DNA of 57,446 nucleotides, filler included, from Basidiobolus ranarum (Eukaryota): NCBI GenBank assembly GCA_040143965.1. It is 6 parts of 6 records of this genome, joined end to end, with 100 filler letters (N's around TTAATTAATTAA, not from the genome) between each part and the next. Parts side by side here need not be neighbours in the genome. Positions count along the whole stretch, not along the records: positions 47,970 to 57,446 come from JASJQH010007697.1; 5 more parts are not named here. One strand, 5' to 3'. Shown piece by piece: positions 53,899 to 57,446 of this stretch (position 1 is its first letter; each line of letters starts with the position of its first letter). The notes under the pieces were generated by a model. It saw only the letters and a program-made list of their open reading frames with translations, ran no database searches and was not told where the DNA came from. The position numbers and the translations under genes were made by a program.

Positions 53899-54210
53899 CT
53901 AACCCTACAGCTTATACGTAATTAGGGCTTCTCTGTGTCCTTTGCCCTAACCCTTTCACTGTCCCTTTCACGTGTTGCTCAATAATAATGAAAGCTGGTT
54001 GCGCGATATGATGGCTATATTAAATTTACTCATTGTGAAGGTGGCTTGTACCGTGGGTAAACTTCCAGCTTGTGGCACAAGATGCTTTAGGGTTAGGGTT
54101 GAGTATTTCGAATATAATGGCTGGAATTGAGAAGGGTTCGCGGTCAATCTATACGTGGTATCAGGATTGAATGTAGGGTTAGGGTTATCATTTGAGCTAG
54201 GGTTAGGGTA
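53899..54210. repeat. Cluster of short TTAGGG/CCCTAA telomere-like motifs in a divergent promoter
   Basis: CTAACCCTA (~53899), TTAGGG (~53922), CCCTAACCCT (~53945), TTAGGGTTAGGGTT (~54087), TAGGGTTAGGGTTA (~54174), TAGGGTTAGGGTA (~54198). Confidence 0.7.
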
Positions 54211-54451
54211 GGCCATCATCGAATCAAAGCCTGCCAACAATAGCACTAATATTTATTGCTTAATGTTTTGATTCAGTCTGACCAACCACCAAGTAAGAAT
54301 GGCCTACTGCTTACACTATTGAATATATAATGATCCATTATCATAATTCTTCGGATACGATTCAGAGTGTGCTGTAAGCATACATTTACTTTTTTTTTGG
54401 AAATTTCGGTAGCTTACTTCCTCAGTAGTAGTTTTGCGAAAAATAGCCATC

Positions 54452-55555
54452 ATGTTGAAGAGATTCTTGTGCAGTGGTTTGCTTTTGGTTGCTGCTTTCG
54501 CTAATGCAGATAGCAACGTATTCGACTTGAACCCTGATAGCTTTGATCAAATTATTGATGGTTCCAAAGATGCCCTAGTCGAATTCTTTGCTCCTTGGTG
54601 TGGCCATTGCAAATCCTTGGCACCCGTCTACGAAGAATTAGGTGATGCATTCGCTCACGCTAAGGATTCCGTCATCATCGCCAAACTTGACGCTGATGCC
54701 AATCGTAATTTGGCTTCCAAATTCAACATACAAGGATTCCCAACCCTAAAGTGGTTCCCCAAGGGAAGCCTCGACTCTCCGGAGAACTATGAGGGAGGCC
54801 GCGACTTTGATTCTTTGACCAAATTTGTCACCGAAAAAACCGGAGCTCTACCACGTGTGAAGAAGGTTCACTCAGATGTCGCTGTATTGACTGACTCTAA
54901 TTTTAATGGAATTGCTCTTGATGAAAATAAGAATGTTTTGGTTGAATTTTATGCTCCTTGGTGTGGTCATTGTAAAAATTTGGCTCCAATTTATGAGAAA
55001 GTTGCCAATGCTTTTGCTGGTGAAAGCAACTGTGTTGTTGCCAAGTTGGATGCTACCACTGACAAGGCTATGGCTGAAAAGTATGAAGTAAAAGGTTATC
55101 CTACCCTCAAATTCTTCCCCAAGGGTAATGACAAGACTCCTATTTCTTATGACTTGGGCCGCACTGAAGAAGACTTGATCAACTTTCTTAATGAGAATTG
55201 CGCCACTCACCGTTTACCAGGTGGTGGACTTTCTTCTGAAGCTGGTAAAATTGCCCAATTGGACGAGCTTGCTCATCAATATGTTTCTGCTGGAGCCGAG
55301 AAACGTGATGAGCTTTACAAGCAGGCACAGGCTTTAAGTGAGGAACTCAAGACTCGCTACGCCAAGTACTATGTCAAAGTGATGGATAAGATCAAGGCCA
55401 ACAGTCAATACCTTCAAAAGGAGATAACTCGACTTACTACTCTCTTGACCTCTACCAGCATTGCTCCCAAGCAAATCGATGACTTTACCATGCGCAAAAA
55501 TATTTTGAGTAGCTTTGTACATGAGGTTAAGGAAGAGATCAAGGATGAATTATAG
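54452..55555 (+). CDS. Protein disulfide-isomerase, ERp38/TigA type (two thioredoxin domains + ERp29-like C-terminal domain)
   Basis: Signal peptide, two APWCGHCK active sites, helical C-terminal domain, C-terminal KDEL; intronless. Confidence 0.95.
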   Translation: MLKRFLCSGLLLVAAFANADSNVFDLNPDSFDQIIDGSKDALVEFFAPWCGHCKSLAPVYEELGDAFAHAKDSVIIAKLDADANRNLASKFNIQGFPTLKWFPKGSLDSPENYEGGRDFDSLTKFVTEKTGALPRVKKVHSDVAVLTDSNFNGIALDENKNVLVEFYAPWCGHCKNLAPIYEKVANAFAGESNCVVAKLDATTDKAMAEKYEVKGYPTLKFFPKGNDKTPISYDLGRTEEDLINFLNENCATHRLPGGGLSSEAGKIAQLDELAHQYVSAGAEKRDELYKQAQALSEELKTRYAKYYVKVMDKIKANSQYLQKEITRLTTLLTSTSIAPKQIDDFTMRKNILSSFVHEVKEEIKDEL

Positions 55556-56034
55556 ACATTTTACTCTTCTACCTAAACAACAATGTCTGCTTTATTTTGC
55601 TCCTTAAACAGATAGTTGACTTTCTTTGCAAATATTTGGCACAACAGGCTAATCGTTTTAGATAAAAATATACCTAGTATCCCTTCTTTCTATTATTCTC
55701 AATATTTGTAGAAAAGAGTTTAGTGCGGTAAAATACAAGTTTGTGTATAATAATTGTACATGGGAATTGATAAACAGGAGGAAGTGTACATATTAATTGG
55801 GTGGATTTGAGATCAGTCTCAGCACCCGCAAAGAAGTGATAAGATGTCCAATATGTCATGCAACATGATCAAACTGATATGAATCGGAGTTTGGAGGGAA
55901 CCATCTATCACGATGCACAATAATAGCTGTTTTCCATTGATCACTGAAGCTTCAGTATTCCTAATGGTAAAGTGATAAGATGTTCTTTGTGTGCTGGTTA
56001 GCGGTAGATGATCTTTTGCTGAATTATCATGATA

Positions 56035-56883
56035 TTACCGCTTGTTGCCTTTTCTTTTGACACTGCTGATGGGGGTTCCTCGTCCCCTACCTCGTTTGGC
56101 TATTGTAGTTTTCGGTTCACCATCAGTGGTACGTCTTGTACGTGTAGCCTTCTTTGGAGGAGCTATCGGACGTTAAATATGGCAGTTAATGGTAGAGATC
56201 ACATACCTCCTTTGAGGAGATAAGAACTAACCTTCAGGCTCTGGAGTCGAAGCAGTAGAAGTGGGAATAGATAGAGAAGGTGAGCTCTCTCGGAGACTGT
56301 TGTAGAATTGAGTAAGCGGATGGTTTTCTTTCACAACTTCTTCAAAGTCATAAGGAGGAAGATAGAAATCACATTTACGAAATGGATGCTTTAATGGTAA
56401 GCCCCATTCAGAATCACTTTGATCCTCCTAAGAGAAATTGTTGGTAAGACTTTTGGTAAAGTTTCAATTCGAATTTATCCATTCTATACTCACTGTTTCA
56501 TCTAAAGAGGGGAGATGAAATAAATCACTAAGGTAGTCCCATATATCTTGTGAGCTACACTTTACTGGACTATTAGAGTTGTACAAACGAACTATATTTG
56601 CCATGCGAAAATGTTTATGAATTCCTAGAAAGCATCGAGATTGTGGTCAATTTGGAAAACACATCTTCCTTATAAAGTTAGGGGAGCCCTTACCAACTGG
56701 TTTATTTTTTCCCATAGCCTGGAATAGGGCGATTTCCATCTGTGGAGACCACTTGATAGGCAAGTTAACAAGTTGACTTTGTTCAGTCTCGTCAAGCTCA
56801 GCCCAGTCATTGTTTCCGGGAGGTTCCTCCTCGACAGAAGGATCGGACCTCGGTACTTCAATGATATCACTTTCTTCAGTCAT
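56035..56883 (-). CDS. EAF7: NuA4 complex subunit EAF7/MRGBP (CT20 family), multi-exon
   Basis: WSPQMEIALFQAMGKNKPVG|IHKHFRMANI, DIWDYLSDLFHLPSLDE, FYLPPYDFEEV, basic C-terminal tail ending KRKGNKR. Confidence 0.85.
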
Positions 56884-57446
56884 CTCTCTGTTTATTTTTG
56901 TTTTTATCTCGTTTATAACAAGTACAAAGATATCGCTAATTGAAACGGCTAGCGAGAAACAGAACGAAGTAAATAAAAGAGCTTTTTCAATCGTTCGTTC
57001 TTCCACTTTTTTATGGTTTTCTTGTTTTAATACAAAAAAAGGGATTAGGTATTATGCTGCTTACCGTTGGTGGTTAAAGGATACCATAATGAAGATGCAA
57101 ATGATTTGATGGCTTACCCTGAAAAGAAGTGATCAATATGAAGTGAAGTAGCTTTGGGAAAAAAAATACTATTCATCATTTGTGACGAGATTCAATATGA
57201 TGGGGTGATTTAATTTGAATAGATCTCTTATTCATGTACATAAATAAACCTTTCGATTAGGGTTAGGGCTTGATGGATTCCGATAATTCGGTTGTAACTC
57301 GTTCTATGGAAAAGAGAAACACTCTTCCTTCAACATTGCAAGTTGCAATTGTGGTATAAAGTACCATATGTGTGGATGCTGGATAGATGTTGATTGCAAC
57401 GATAGTTGAGACATACTTACATAAACCCACAATTGTAAGAGACTTA

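Noticed and set aside
53968-54246. 92-aa ORF with PNP repeats
   Set aside because: Translation of the CCCTAA motifs in a promoter; non-ATG start.

Overview
Eukaryotic, AT-rich fungal DNA with short (about 45-80 nt) GT-AG introns. The gene content suggests an early-diverging fungus (inference only). The window is not one locus: it is six ~9.5 kb contigs of steadily decreasing length (9503, 9496, 9493, 9490, 9487, 9477 nt) joined by artificial 100-nt N/TTAATTAATTAA spacers. Contig 1 holds the main finding, an intact six-exon gene (~1161 aa) for a bacterial restriction-modification-type (gamma-class, TaqI/Eco57I/type IIG-like) N6-adenine DNA methyltransferase. It has a target-recognition domain and a low-complexity tail, and lies divergent from a Rom2/Rgf1-type RhoGEF. 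Contig 2 is a nest of decayed, CpG-depleted Ty1/copia elements. Contig 3 has a Cys-rich secreted protein, the sterol glucosyltransferase ATG26 and the 3' part of an ABCC transporter. Contig 4 has a C2H2 transcription factor and an F-box protein. Contig 5 has an Oxr1/TLDc protein, a JHD1-type PHD-JmjC demethylase, an augmin HAUS5-like protein and a copia gag fragment. Contig 6 has two divergent GPI-type Ser/Thr-rich proteins, an uncharacterised 681-aa protein, an ERp38/TigA-type PDI and EAF7.
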